Part shown: piece after piece, positions 41,442 through 51,068 of the stretch
Layout of the letters: each line of letters opens with the position of its first letter
Position numbering within the stretch: position 1 is the stretch's first letter
DNA from: Longimicrobiales bacterium
GTDB lineage: Bacteria > Gemmatimonadota > Gemmatimonadetes > Longimicrobiales > Gaopeijiaceae
NCBI GenBank assembly: GCA_965204735.1
Contig: OZ242008.1
Span: 1,632,001 to 1,696,000 of the forward strand
Reading direction: 5' to 3'
DNA: 64,000 bases
The notes under the pieces: model-generated
Database searches by the model: none
What the model saw: the letters and a program-made list of their open reading frames with translations, nothing else
What the model was told of the DNA's origin: nothing
Program-made: the position numbers and the translations under genes

Positions 41442-42248
41442 TCACCACACCAGCGGCGCCAAGTGGACGCGGGTCGCGTCCAGCCGTTCGACGAACCACT
41501 TGGTGTAGACGCGGAGCATCCCGCCGCCGGGCAGCAGGATCAGGTCCATGGAGTGGATGTCCTCGAGGGGGAACGTCGAGAGAACGTCCATGCCGCCGGC
41601 AAGGGGTCCTTCGTCCAGGTACACCGAGATGCCGCTGGGCCGCCCCTTGCGCAGGACGCATCCGAAGATCAAGGAGGCGTCGCCGGGGCAGGGCACGATC
41701 GGCGCGCCCGAGTGCAGCTTGAGCACTGCGGTGGGGTCGGGGTTGACGGCCCGCGCGAACGTCTCGGCGCCCAGGGTCTCGACCCGGTAGGGGATGCTGC
41801 GGCGCCGGTCGGCGAGGAGCCGCTCCGACCTGGACCGGACCTGGAAGCCGTCCATGGCGATGGGGTCCGGTTCGAGGCGGATGAAGAGGCCGTTGCCCTC
41901 GCTCACCGTGACGGGGCCTTCGGTGGTGTGGTAGCCCAGCTGCTCGACGACGATCTCCCACGTGCCCGCGGGGAAGTCGGGAAAGGAGAACCGTCCGTCC
42001 ACGTCCGTGAAGGTGTAGCGCTTCAGGTCGGGCGCCTTGACCACGGCGGCGATGACGGGCCGCTCGTTGAAGGCGTCCAGGACCCGGCCCTCCAAGACGA
42101 ACGTCCCGCCCAGCAAGTCGGGGGGCTCCGGAGGCCGTTCCTGTCCCGCGCCTGCGCCCGCGGCCGAAGCCGCCCACGTGGTCGCCACGACGGCGGCCCG
42201 CAGGCTCGCGAGCGCTCGCTTGATCGCCGCATCGCGTCCGGAAGTCAC
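41442..42248 (-). CDS. Secreted protein with a carboxypeptidase-regulatory-like domain
   Basis: Signal peptide; G.V.D....P...A.V....TD.DGRF....LGY pattern. Confidence 0.65.
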   Translation of the reverse strand: MTSGRDAAIKRALASLRAAVVATTWAASAAGAGAGQERPPEPPDLLGGTFVLEGRVLDAFNERPVIAAVVKAPDLKRYTFTDVDGRFSFPDFPAGTWEIVVEQLGYHTTEGPVTVSEGNGLFIRLEPDPIAMDGFQVRSRSERLLADRRRSIPYRVETLGAETFARAVNPDPTAVLKLHSGAPIVPCPGDASLIFGCVLRKGRPSGISVYLDEGPLAGGMDVLSTFPLEDIHSMDLILLPGGGMLRVYTKWFVERLDATRVHLAPLVW

Positions 42249-42452
42249 GTCAACTCCCTTGCCTTCGTGCCCAAAGCAGAACCCCGCGGGATCCGGATTG
42301 CGTCAGATTGATCTCTGGTCTCGAACCCGAGTCCGAACCCCAAGGCAAGTCCTGAACCTTCAAGGACCAAGGTATCGTTCGCGTCCTTCCGCGTCATGCC
42401 CGCGAGAAGGCGCTGCGGCCCTTGTCCCGTCAACCGACGAGCGCCCCCACTC

Positions 42453-43718
42453 ATGCCAAGCTCCCACGGTCCAGCCAAGACGTCCTCCGGCCCTGCGAAG
42501 GTGTCTACAGGGCCGGCCAGACGGTCGCCCGATCTCCGAACCACGGCCGTTCACGCCGGCGAGCTGCCCGACCCCGCGACCGGCGCTTCCGCCCCGAACC
42601 TGGTCATGTCCTCCACCTTCGTGACTCGGGACGCCGCCGGCTTCTCGGCCCACGACCTGGACGACCAATCCGGCTTCCTCTACTCCCGCTGGTCGAACCC
42701 GACGGTGGCCCAGCTGGAGACCAAGCTGTGCGCGCTGGAGGGAGCGGAAGCGTGCCTCTGCTTCGGCTCCGGGATGGCGGCGACGTCGGGGCTCGTCTTC
42801 TCGCTCCTGTCGGCGGGCGATCACATGGTCATGTCGGACACCAACTACGCCGGCGCCGCCGAACTTGCCCGGGACACGCTGCCCCGGTTGGGCGTGGACG
42901 TTTCCCTGGCCGACGCCTCCGACCCGGCGAACGTCGCGGCGGCGATCCGTCCCAGCACCCGCCTCGTCTGGCTGGAGACGCCGGCCAATCCGATCGTGCG
43001 CCTCACGGACGTCGCGGCGGTGGCGGCAGCGGTGGCGGAGCGCCCCGGCGTGCGGGTGGCGGTGGACTCCACCTTCGCCACGCCGGTGGCCACCCGCCCC
43101 CTGGAGCTGGGCGCCCACTACGTGGTGCACTCCCTGACGAAGTACGTCGGGGGCCACGGCGACGCCGTGGGCGGGGCCGTCCTGGGCAGGCGCGAGGACG
43201 TGGCGGCCCTGCGGCTGGAGGCGGCCGTCCACTACGGCGGCGTCCTCTCGCCCTTCAACGCATGGCTGATCATGCGGGGCGCGGCGACCCTTCCCATCCG
43301 CATGAAGGCCCACGAGGAGAACGCCCTGGAAGTGGCGCGCTTCCTGGAGAGCCACCCCGCGGTCGAGCGGGTCCTCTACCCGGGACTGCCCTCCCATCCC
43401 CAGCACGACTTGGCCCGGCGCCAGATGCGCAACTTCTCCGGGATGCTCGCCTTCCGGACGAAGCGGGGCCCCGCCATGGCGGAACGGATGGCCGAGGAGC
43501 TGCGCGTCGTGCACTACGCCGTGTCGCTGGGCCACCACCGAAGCCTGATCTTCTGGATGGACACGCCGAGCCTGATGGAGAGCTCGTTTCGCCTGGAAGG
43601 CGCCCAGCTGGAGAGCTACCGGAGCTACGCCGGCGACGGAGTCTTCCGCATGTCCGTCGGGCTCGAGGACCCGGCCGACCTGTGCCGCGACTTGGACCGG
43701 GCGCTGCGGAAAGGGTGA
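42453..43718 (+). CDS. PLP-dependent trans-sulfuration enzyme (cystathionine gamma-synthase / methionine gamma-lyase family)
   Basis: YSRWSNPT, SGMAA, ETPANP, DSTFATP, HSLTKYVGGHGD, YPGL.SHPQ, R.SVGLE. Confidence 0.9.
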   Translation: MPSSHGPAKTSSGPAKVSTGPARRSPDLRTTAVHAGELPDPATGASAPNLVMSSTFVTRDAAGFSAHDLDDQSGFLYSRWSNPTVAQLETKLCALEGAEACLCFGSGMAATSGLVFSLLSAGDHMVMSDTNYAGAAELARDTLPRLGVDVSLADASDPANVAAAIRPSTRLVWLETPANPIVRLTDVAAVAAAVAERPGVRVAVDSTFATPVATRPLELGAHYVVHSLTKYVGGHGDAVGGAVLGRREDVAALRLEAAVHYGGVLSPFNAWLIMRGAATLPIRMKAHEENALEVARFLESHPAVERVLYPGLPSHPQHDLARRQMRNFSGMLAFRTKRGPAMAERMAEELRVVHYAVSLGHHRSLIFWMDTPSLMESSFRLEGAQLESYRSYAGDGVFRMSVGLEDPADLCRDLDRALRKG

Positions 43719-43831
43719 CTTGAAGCGGGCGCCGCGCCATCTTGTTCGAGATGCCGCGACCTGAACCCCCCTGCGCGTCCCCGGCCGACCACGCCGCGCG
43801 GCGCGCCAGAGTTGCCGATCGGAGGCACCAA

Positions 43832-46354
43832 ATGGCACCCGTCCTTCCCGGCCGTACCTTCGCCCCGGAGGTCGCTCGCGCAGCGACCGCTGCTCTCGCC
43901 CTCGGCTTGGCCGTCGGAGCCGGGACCTCCGGCACGTCCCTTGCCGCCCAGCAGTACGGAGGAAGCGTCGCCGTCGCCGGAGAGCACGTGCTCGTCGGCG
44001 AGAGCAGCAACGTCTCCCTCCCCGGCGTCGTGTACGTCTACGGCCCGTCCGGGAACGGGTGGGCGGAAACCGGGCGTCTCTTCGTCTCCACCGCAGGCGA
44101 GCGTCCCGACGGCTTCGGGCGGTCCCTGGACGCCGACGGCGACCTGGTCTTGATCGGCGCCCCCGCCTGGGGGAACGGTCGGGGCGCGGCAATGCTCTTC
44201 CAGGCCGGCCCGGACGGAGAGTGGCGCGAAGTCGCCCGCCTCCTCCCCGCCGCCGGCCCGGGCGCCGAAACGGGCGCGGGCGGAGCAGACGCGGCGCCGA
44301 CCGACCCCAACTTCGGCGCCGCCGTGGCCCTGCGCGGCGGCGTCGCGCTGGTCTCGGCGCCGGGCGAGAGCGACTCGGCGGGCGACGAAAGCGAAGACGG
44401 CGAGAACGGGGCGTCCGGCGCGGTCTACCTCTTCGCGCGGGACGCCGACGGCGGGTGGTCCCAGCGGCACCGCTACGCGCCCACGGACGAGGCCGCGGGA
44501 TCGGGGTTCGGCGCCGCCCTTGCCACCGACGGCGCCGTCGCCGTCGCGACCACCGCCGCCCGGCGCGGGACTCCCGCCGTGGTGCACGTCCTTGCCGTGG
44601 ACGCGGCGGCCGGCCGCCTCGTCCCCCAGGGGAGCCTCGATCCCGCCGCCCAGCTCGCGCCCGCCGACCCCCAGCGGCCCGGCAGCCGCCGCTTCGGCAC
44701 CGCCGTGGCGGTCCGGGACGGGGCCGTGCTGGTGGGCGCTCCGGGGTCGTCCGCGGGGGCCGGCGCGGTCGTCCGCTTCGCCTTCGACGACCAGGCGGGC
44801 GAGTGGGTCCCCAGCGGCGCCCTCCACGCCTTCGACGGCCAGCCTCGGGCGTCGTTCGGCTCCTCAATCGCCTTCCGCGAAGGCGACCTCTGGATCGGCG
44901 CGCCCAACGCGGGCGGCGGGAGGGGCGCCGTCTACCGCTTCTCGCCGGGGCCCGGCCGCGGCGAATGGGCGCAGGTGGTCAAGTCCTCGGCGCCGGACCT
45001 CCCGGACCGCGCATCCTTCGGCAGCTCCCTTGCCTTCGTCGGCCAAGCGGGCGTCGTCGGCGCCGGCGGCGTCGACAGCCGGGCCGGGGGCGTGGTGCTG
45101 GCCCGGCGCGCCTCGAGCGGGGAGTGGGAGTGGGGCGACCTGACGCGCGGCGAGTACCGGGGGCTCCCGGCGATCGTCGGACGGGACGAGGAGGTTCCCT
45201 GCACGGAAAACGCGGCGGCCGGCTTCGAGTGCGACAACGTGAACATCCTGTCCTTCCTCCCCATCAAGGAGATGGCCGGCAGCCGCGGCGCGCGCCTCAA
45301 CGACGTCTGGGGATGGACCGACCCGGAGACGGGCCGCGAGATCGCGATCGTCGGCCGCACCGACGGCACCGCCTTCGTGGACGTGAGCGACCCCTTCAAC
45401 CCCCTCGTGCTGGGCGACTTGCCCAAGACGCCCGGCTCCCGCAGCAGCGTGTGGCGCGACATGAAGGTCTACCGCGACCACGCCTACGTCGTCGCCGACG
45501 GCGCGGGGGAGCACGGCGTGCAGGTGTTCGACCTGACCCGGCTTCGGGACGAAGGCGGACCCGACGCGGTGTTCGAGCCCGACTACACCTACACGGGCAT
45601 CCACAGCGCCCACAACATCGTCGTCAACGAGGAAACCGGCTTCGCCTACGCGGTGGGCAGCAGCGGCGGCGGGGAGACGTGCGGCGGCGGATTCCACATG
45701 CTCGCGCTGGACGATCCTTCCCGCCCGACGTTCGCCGGCTGCTTCGCCCACGCCAACACGGGCCGTCGGGGAACCGGGTACTCCCACGACGCCCAGTGCG
45801 TCGTCTACCACGGACCCGACGAGGAGCACCAGGGCAAGGAGATCTGCCTGGGCTCCAACGAGACTCGGCTGAGCATCGCCGACGTGACCGACAAGGACGC
45901 GCCCGTGGCCCTGGCGTCGATGGAGTACCCCAGCGTCGTCTACGCCCACCAGGGATGGCTCACCGAGGACCACCGGTACTTCTACATGAACGACGAGGGG
46001 GACGAGCCCCAAGGGCTGGTCGAAGGGACCCGAACGCTGGTGTGGGACGTGATGGACCTGGACGAGCCCGAGCTGGTGAAGGAGTACATCGCCGACACGC
46101 CGGACACGGACCACAACCTCTACATCCGCGGCAACCTGATGTACCAGTCGAACTACGGGGCCGGGCTGCGGATCCTGGACATATCCGATCCGGTGGAGCC
46201 GGTGGAGATCGCCTACTTCGACACCACGCCGTGGCAGGGCGGGGCCTCGTGGAGCAACTACCCGTACTTCGAGAGCGGGATCGTCGTGGTGACCAGCACC
46301 GGCGACGGCCTCTTCCTGGTGCGCAACACGGCGCGGCGGAACCTGATACCGTGA
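43832..46354 (+). CDS. Secreted FG-GAP repeat + choice-of-anchor B domain protein
   Basis: Repeated FG..VA....VGAP...GAVY, then NDVWGWTDP, WRDMKVY, AHN, HDAQC, HQGW, HNLY, WSNYPYF. Confidence 0.82.
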   Translation: MAPVLPGRTFAPEVARAATAALALGLAVGAGTSGTSLAAQQYGGSVAVAGEHVLVGESSNVSLPGVVYVYGPSGNGWAETGRLFVSTAGERPDGFGRSLDADGDLVLIGAPAWGNGRGAAMLFQAGPDGEWREVARLLPAAGPGAETGAGGADAAPTDPNFGAAVALRGGVALVSAPGESDSAGDESEDGENGASGAVYLFARDADGGWSQRHRYAPTDEAAGSGFGAALATDGAVAVATTAARRGTPAVVHVLAVDAAAGRLVPQGSLDPAAQLAPADPQRPGSRRFGTAVAVRDGAVLVGAPGSSAGAGAVVRFAFDDQAGEWVPSGALHAFDGQPRASFGSSIAFREGDLWIGAPNAGGGRGAVYRFSPGPGRGEWAQVVKSSAPDLPDRASFGSSLAFVGQAGVVGAGGVDSRAGGVVLARRASSGEWEWGDLTRGEYRGLPAIVGRDEEVPCTENAAAGFECDNVNILSFLPIKEMAGSRGARLNDVWGWTDPETGREIAIVGRTDGTAFVDVSDPFNPLVLGDLPKTPGSRSSVWRDMKVYRDHAYVVADGAGEHGVQVFDLTRLRDEGGPDAVFEPDYTYTGIHSAHNIVVNEETGFAYAVGSSGGGETCGGGFHMLALDDPSRPTFAGCFAHANTGRRGTGYSHDAQCVVYHGPDEEHQGKEICLGSNETRLSIADVTDKDAPVALASMEYPSVVYAHQGWLTEDHRYFYMNDEGDEPQGLVEGTRTLVWDVMDLDEPELVKEYIADTPDTDHNLYIRGNLMYQSNYGAGLRILDISDPVEPVEIAYFDTTPWQGGASWSNYPYFESGIVVVTSTGDGLFLVRNTARRNLIP

Positions 46355-49300
46355 CGGGCGGCGCCCGGGGACGGCGGGCGCGGGCGCGCGGAGGCGGCGG
46401 GCGGTCGAAGCCAGCGTCCCGGCACGCCCTGCGGCGGCGGGCGCGCGGAGGCAGCGGGCCAGGCGGTCCCGCTTCCGCGCGCACTTGGGCGGCGGTACTC
46501 GTGGGCGTCGCGACGGCCGCCTGCGGCCGGCCGGCGAGTGCTGCGCAGACCGAAGTCGCAGCCGCAGCCCGGACCGATGCAACTTCCTCGACCGTGTCCC
46601 TCGACGAAGGCACCAACATCGCCGTCGCCTTGTCGCCCGACGGCGGGACCTTGGCCCTCGACCTGCTGGGGCGCATCTGGACGATGCCGGTCTCCGGCGG
46701 CCCGGCCGTCGCCCTCACCGACCCCTTCGGCGACGCCCGCCAGCCCGCATGGTCTCCCGACGGACGGCGGATCGCCTTCCAGGCCTACTGGGACGGCAAC
46801 TACCACGTGTGGAGCGTGGCCGTCGACGGCTCCGAACTTCGGAAGCACACCCGGGGACCCTTCGACCACCGGGAGCCCCACTGGTCTCCCGACGGACGGC
46901 GGATCGCCTTCAGCTCGGACCGGAGCGGCAGCTACGACGCATGGACGGTTGCGGTGCCGGGCGGCCGGCTCGAGCAGCTGACGGACGGACCGGAGAGCGA
47001 GCATGGACCCGCGTTCTCGCCGGACGGCGGCGCGGTGGCCTTCGCCTCCGACGGTCCGGAGGACGTGGCCGGAGTCTGGGTCGTGGAAGGGGACGGTCGG
47101 CCGCGCCGGGTGGCCGCGGCCCGGGGCGCCCGGATCGCCGCACCGGCGTGGAGCGCGGACGGCGCCGCGATCTCGTACAGCGCAATCGTCGGGGGACGGG
47201 CCATGCTCCGAACGGCGGCCGTGGGGAGCGCCGCCGCTTCGGCGGGCGCCGGGCCGGCGGACGCGGACGGCCTGGTTCTCACCGGCGCCGACGAAGACGT
47301 CTTTCCGTTCCGGGCCTCGTGGACCTCGTCCGGCTTCTTCTACACGGCCGACGGCAAGGTCCGTTGGCGCGCCCTGGACGGCGGCGGCTTCCGGAACGTG
47401 CCCTTCGCGGCCCAGGTGACCCTCCACCGCGCGCCGTACGAACGAAGACCTCGGGAGCTGTCGGCGCCGGGGCCGTTCCCAGTCCGGGGCGTCGTCTCGC
47501 CCGCCGTCTCGCCGGACGGACGCCAAGTTGCGTTCTCGGCCCTGGGCGACCTCTGGCTTCACGCCCTCGGCGGCGGCGCCCGGCGCCTCACCGACGACCC
47601 GTGGATCGAGACGGATCCGGCCTGGTCGCCCGACGGACGCCGCCTCGCCCTGGTCTCGGACCGGGGCGGCGCAATGGACTTGTGGGTCTGGGACGTAACG
47701 GCGGGCGCGTCCGGCGGCGACGCCTTCGAGCAGGTTACCGAAGGCGCAGGGGCCCGGACGCCCGCGTGGTCGCCGGACGGAAACCGAATCGCCTTCGTGG
47801 GGTCGGGCTACCAAACCGGCGTCTACGTGCTGGACTTGGCCGACGGCGCGGTCCGGGAGCTGCGGCGCGGGCTCAACGGGGCTGGACGGCCGTCCTGGTT
47901 CCCCGAGGGCGACGCCGTGGCCGTGTCGGCCCACGTGCCCTACTCGGCCCGCTTCCGGGAGGGCGTCAACCAGGTGCTGGTCCTGCCCGCGCCCCGGGGG
48001 CCGGCGGCCTTCCCGGGCCAAGCCACGGAGCGCTTCCTGGAGTTTCCGCCTCACGCCTCCGTCGGCAGCCGAGGGACCGACGGCCCGGTTCGATCGCCCG
48101 ACGGCGCGTGGACGGCCTACGTCGCCGACGGCGCCCTCTGGGCCGTCGCCACGGAGCGCGACGGGAACCCGGCGGGCCCGCCCCGGCGCCTGACCGCCGG
48201 CTTGGCGGACGATCCCTCCTGGACCGGCGACTCCCGGTCGATCTTCTACCTGACCGGCGATAAGCTCCGCAGGGTCCACCTCCGCGACGGGCGCGAAGAG
48301 GACGTGCCGCTCGGGCTCGAATGGCGGCGTGCCGACCCGCCGGACCGGGTGCTGGTGCGCGCCGGCGCTCTCCTGGACGGCCGCACGTGGTCGCTCCAGC
48401 GGGACGTGGACGTGGTGCTGGAGGGCGGCGCGATAGTGGAAGTGGCGCCTCGGGACCCGTCCCGCACCGCTCCGACGGTGGTGGACGCCGGAGACGGCGT
48501 GGTCGCGCCCGGCTTCATCGAGATGCACGCCCACGTCGGCATCGCCGACGGCGAGGCCCAGGGTCGCGCCTGGCTCTCCTTCGGCGTCACGTCGGTCCGC
48601 TGTCCGGCGTGCGATCCCTACGAGACCGCCGAGGCCAAGGAGGCTGGCGAGTCCGGCAAGCGCGTCGCCCCCCGTTGGTTCGCCACCAGCGGCACGATAG
48701 ACGGCAGCCGCATCTACTACCCTGGCGCTCCGGCGCTGGGCGCGCCCGCCCAGGTCGCGCTGGAGATGGAGCGCGCGGCGGCGCTGGGCTACGACCTGAT
48801 CAAGACCTACGTCCGCCTCTCGGACCCGATGCAGCGGCGGGTGATCGAGGACGCCCACGCGCTCGGCCTGCCCGTCACCTCTCACGAGCTCTACCCGGGC
48901 GTCGCCTTCGGCGCCGACGGCGTGGAGCATGTCCGGGGAACCAGCCGGCGAGGCTACTCGACCAAGGTGTCGGAGCTCCAGCGCGGCTACGGCGACGTGG
49001 TGGCGCTGCTGGCCGCCTCCGGCATGACCCTGACCCCCACGGTCGGCATCTACGGCGCCTACGGCCTCCTGGCGTCGGAGGACCCGTCGCTCTTCGACGA
49101 CCCCAGGGTGGAGGCGTTCTTCCCATGGGCTCGCGAGGCCGCCCGCCCCCCTGCCGACCCCGAGCTGGCCCGGCGGCTGGCCGAGAACATGGCGGCCTTG
49201 CCGCGCCGCGTCGCGGCCGCCGGCGGGCGGATCGTGATGGGCACCGACGCGCCGATCGTCCCGCCGGGCCTGAGCTACCACGCCGAGATGGAGGCGCTGG

Positions 49301-49536
49301 TGCGCTACGGAAGGATGAGCCCGACCGACGTGCTGCGGGCGGCCACTTCCGAGGCCGCGGCGGCCCTGGGGTACGAGGGCCGGCTGGGAGTGGTGGCGCC
49401 GGGCGCCCTTGCGGACCTGGTGATCCTCGACGGCAACCCCCTGGAGGACATCCGCGCGACCCGGCGGGTCCGCTCGGTGATCCAGGGAGGTCGGGTGCAC
49501 GACGCGGAGGACCTCCTGCGTCGGCCCGGCTGGTAG
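46351..49536 (+). CDS. TolB/PD40 beta-propeller + amidohydrolase fusion protein
   Basis: Multiple P.WSPDG repeats, PGFIEMHAH, IKTY, GTD, G.LADLVILDGNPL; GTGA overlap start. Confidence 0.85.
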   Translation: MTGGARGRRARARGGGGRSKPASRHALRRRARGGSGPGGPASARTWAAVLVGVATAACGRPASAAQTEVAAAARTDATSSTVSLDEGTNIAVALSPDGGTLALDLLGRIWTMPVSGGPAVALTDPFGDARQPAWSPDGRRIAFQAYWDGNYHVWSVAVDGSELRKHTRGPFDHREPHWSPDGRRIAFSSDRSGSYDAWTVAVPGGRLEQLTDGPESEHGPAFSPDGGAVAFASDGPEDVAGVWVVEGDGRPRRVAAARGARIAAPAWSADGAAISYSAIVGGRAMLRTAAVGSAAASAGAGPADADGLVLTGADEDVFPFRASWTSSGFFYTADGKVRWRALDGGGFRNVPFAAQVTLHRAPYERRPRELSAPGPFPVRGVVSPAVSPDGRQVAFSALGDLWLHALGGGARRLTDDPWIETDPAWSPDGRRLALVSDRGGAMDLWVWDVTAGASGGDAFEQVTEGAGARTPAWSPDGNRIAFVGSGYQTGVYVLDLADGAVRELRRGLNGAGRPSWFPEGDAVAVSAHVPYSARFREGVNQVLVLPAPRGPAAFPGQATERFLEFPPHASVGSRGTDGPVRSPDGAWTAYVADGALWAVATERDGNPAGPPRRLTAGLADDPSWTGDSRSIFYLTGDKLRRVHLRDGREEDVPLGLEWRRADPPDRVLVRAGALLDGRTWSLQRDVDVVLEGGAIVEVAPRDPSRTAPTVVDAGDGVVAPGFIEMHAHVGIADGEAQGRAWLSFGVTSVRCPACDPYETAEAKEAGESGKRVAPRWFATSGTIDGSRIYYPGAPALGAPAQVALEMERAAALGYDLIKTYVRLSDPMQRRVIEDAHALGLPVTSHELYPGVAFGADGVEHVRGTSRRGYSTKVSELQRGYGDVVALLAASGMTLTPTVGIYGAYGLLASEDPSLFDDPRVEAFFPWAREAARPPADPELARRLAENMAALPRRVAAAGGRIVMGTDAPIVPPGLSYHAEMEALVRYGRMSPTDVLRAATSEAAAALGYEGRLGVVAPGALADLVILDGNPLEDIRATRRVRSVIQGGRVHDAEDLLRRPGW

Positions 49537-49704
49537 ACCTGCTGGGGCTCGTCGTGGTTCGGTCCCGTGTCGTTGGGCGCCCGGCGGATCGCACGCCCGG
49601 AAACCCTTCGCTCCGAGAATCCGTCTGAAGGGCCAGCGGCCGGCCCCCGGGGGCGACGGCCGCAGAGTGAACCGAACCCAAGCAAATCGAACCCTGGAGA
49701 GATC

Positions 49705-50043
49705 ATGGGATTCGTCATCCACATCCTCGTGAACGCCGCGCTCCTCTTCGTCGCCGGCAAGCTGGTGGACGGCTTCGAGGTCCGCGACGCCAAGGCCGCG
49801 ATGGTCGGGGCGCTGGTCCTGGGCCTGGCCAACTGGCTCCTCCGACCGATCCTCGACCTGGTCACCCTTCCGATCACCTTCCTCACGCTGGGCCTCTTCT
49901 CCGTCGTGGTGAGCGCCGTCGTCCTCATGCTGGTGGCGGCCCTCGTGCGGGGCTTCGAGATCCGCAGCTTCGGCGCGGCCCTGTGGGGCGCGGTGGCGAT
50001 CGGCCTCATGAACTTCGTCCTCAAGCTGGTCACGGGAGGCTGA
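49705..50043 (+). CDS. YvlD/DUF360 (phage holin superfamily IV-like) 4-TM membrane protein
   Basis: N..LRPIL..VTLPI..LTLGLF..V, GF.I.SF..AL.GA. Confidence 0.85.
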   Translation: MGFVIHILVNAALLFVAGKLVDGFEVRDAKAAMVGALVLGLANWLLRPILDLVTLPITFLTLGLFSVVVSAVVLMLVAALVRGFEIRSFGAALWGAVAIGLMNFVLKLVTGG

Positions 50044-50324
50044 CGCCGAGGCTTCTTCGCTCCGGCGGGCGGCGAGGCCCGAACCCCGGTCTGCCGTCTG
50101 CCGGGCCTGATCCCGTCCGCAAAGGCTCCCCGCGCCCGTCGGGCGCGTCTCCCTCATCCGTCGGGCGCGCCTCCTCGTCCGGCGGCCCGCCTCCGCTTCC
50201 CGGCTTGCAATAGGAGCGCACGCAAGGGATTTTCCCCTTGACCCTTGGGGCGGGCTCCGACCGACCTCGGAGCGGCTCCGAACCAGGTCTCGAGCAGGGG
50301 AGAAGTCTTGACCGAGAGGCGCAG

Positions 50325-50975
50325 ATGACTGTTTCGACCCGCGGCGGTCGATCCCGCCGCCGCTTCGCGGCCTTCGCGGCGCAGGCCGTTCTCGCGTCGT
50401 CCGTCGCGGGATGCGCGTCGGGCGGCGGAGGCCCCCCGGTCTCCGGTGCCGAGGCCGCGACGCTCTTCGCGTCGTACTCGGGGCGGTGGACGCTGGACGA
50501 GGCCAGCAGCACCCCTCAGATCCCCAACCACATGGAAGGCGTGAAGGACGAAGCGCCCGTCGACGACATCACCCGAAACGAGAGCCGCGCCATGCGTCGC
50601 TATCGCCGGATGATGCAGTCCCGCCGGATGTCGGTCGCCGACATGCGCGCCACCGTCGAAGTGCTCCGTCGGCGTCCGGCCACGCTTGTCCTTCGAGCCA
50701 GCGAGGCGGAGCTGTCGTACACCCCCAGCGCCGGGGCGGGCGCCCCCTTGGCCCTCCCCATGGACGGATCGGAGGTGGAGACGCCCGAGGACGAGAGCCG
50801 GGTCAGGTCGAAGCTCCGCTGGGACGGGGGGCTCCTCGTGATCGAGCACCAGGTCGTCGGGGGCGGAAGGGTGCGCGAGACGCTGGAGGTGGTCGGGGAC
50901 CGCTTGATCATGAACCGCGTCCTGTCGTCCCAAGCAGGCGATCAGACCCTGACCCTGGCCTACGACCGGAGCTGA
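50325..50975 (+). CDS. Hypothetical lipoprotein
   Basis: Lipobox VAGC, SG.W.LD...S motif, beta-rich C-terminus. Confidence 0.65.
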   Translation: MTVSTRGGRSRRRFAAFAAQAVLASSVAGCASGGGGPPVSGAEAATLFASYSGRWTLDEASSTPQIPNHMEGVKDEAPVDDITRNESRAMRRYRRMMQSRRMSVADMRATVEVLRRRPATLVLRASEAELSYTPSAGAGAPLALPMDGSEVETPEDESRVRSKLRWDGGLLVIEHQVVGGGRVRETLEVVGDRLIMNRVLSSQAGDQTLTLAYDRS

Positions 50976-51068
50976 CGCGGTCCATTCCATGAGGCCGGCT
51001 GCCCGGAATCGACGGATCGTCCGGCGCGGGCGGCGCCCGACCGGCGCGAGCGGCGGCGCCCGACCGGC

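Noticed and set aside
42320..42372. GAACC(C) short repeats, similar to those near 49669-49695
   Set aside because: Short and irregularly spaced; cannot be distinguished from chance or simple promoter sequence.
49705..50043. Prophage inferred from a holin-family gene
   Set aside because: YvlD-type proteins are common chromosomal genes; no phage genes nearby.
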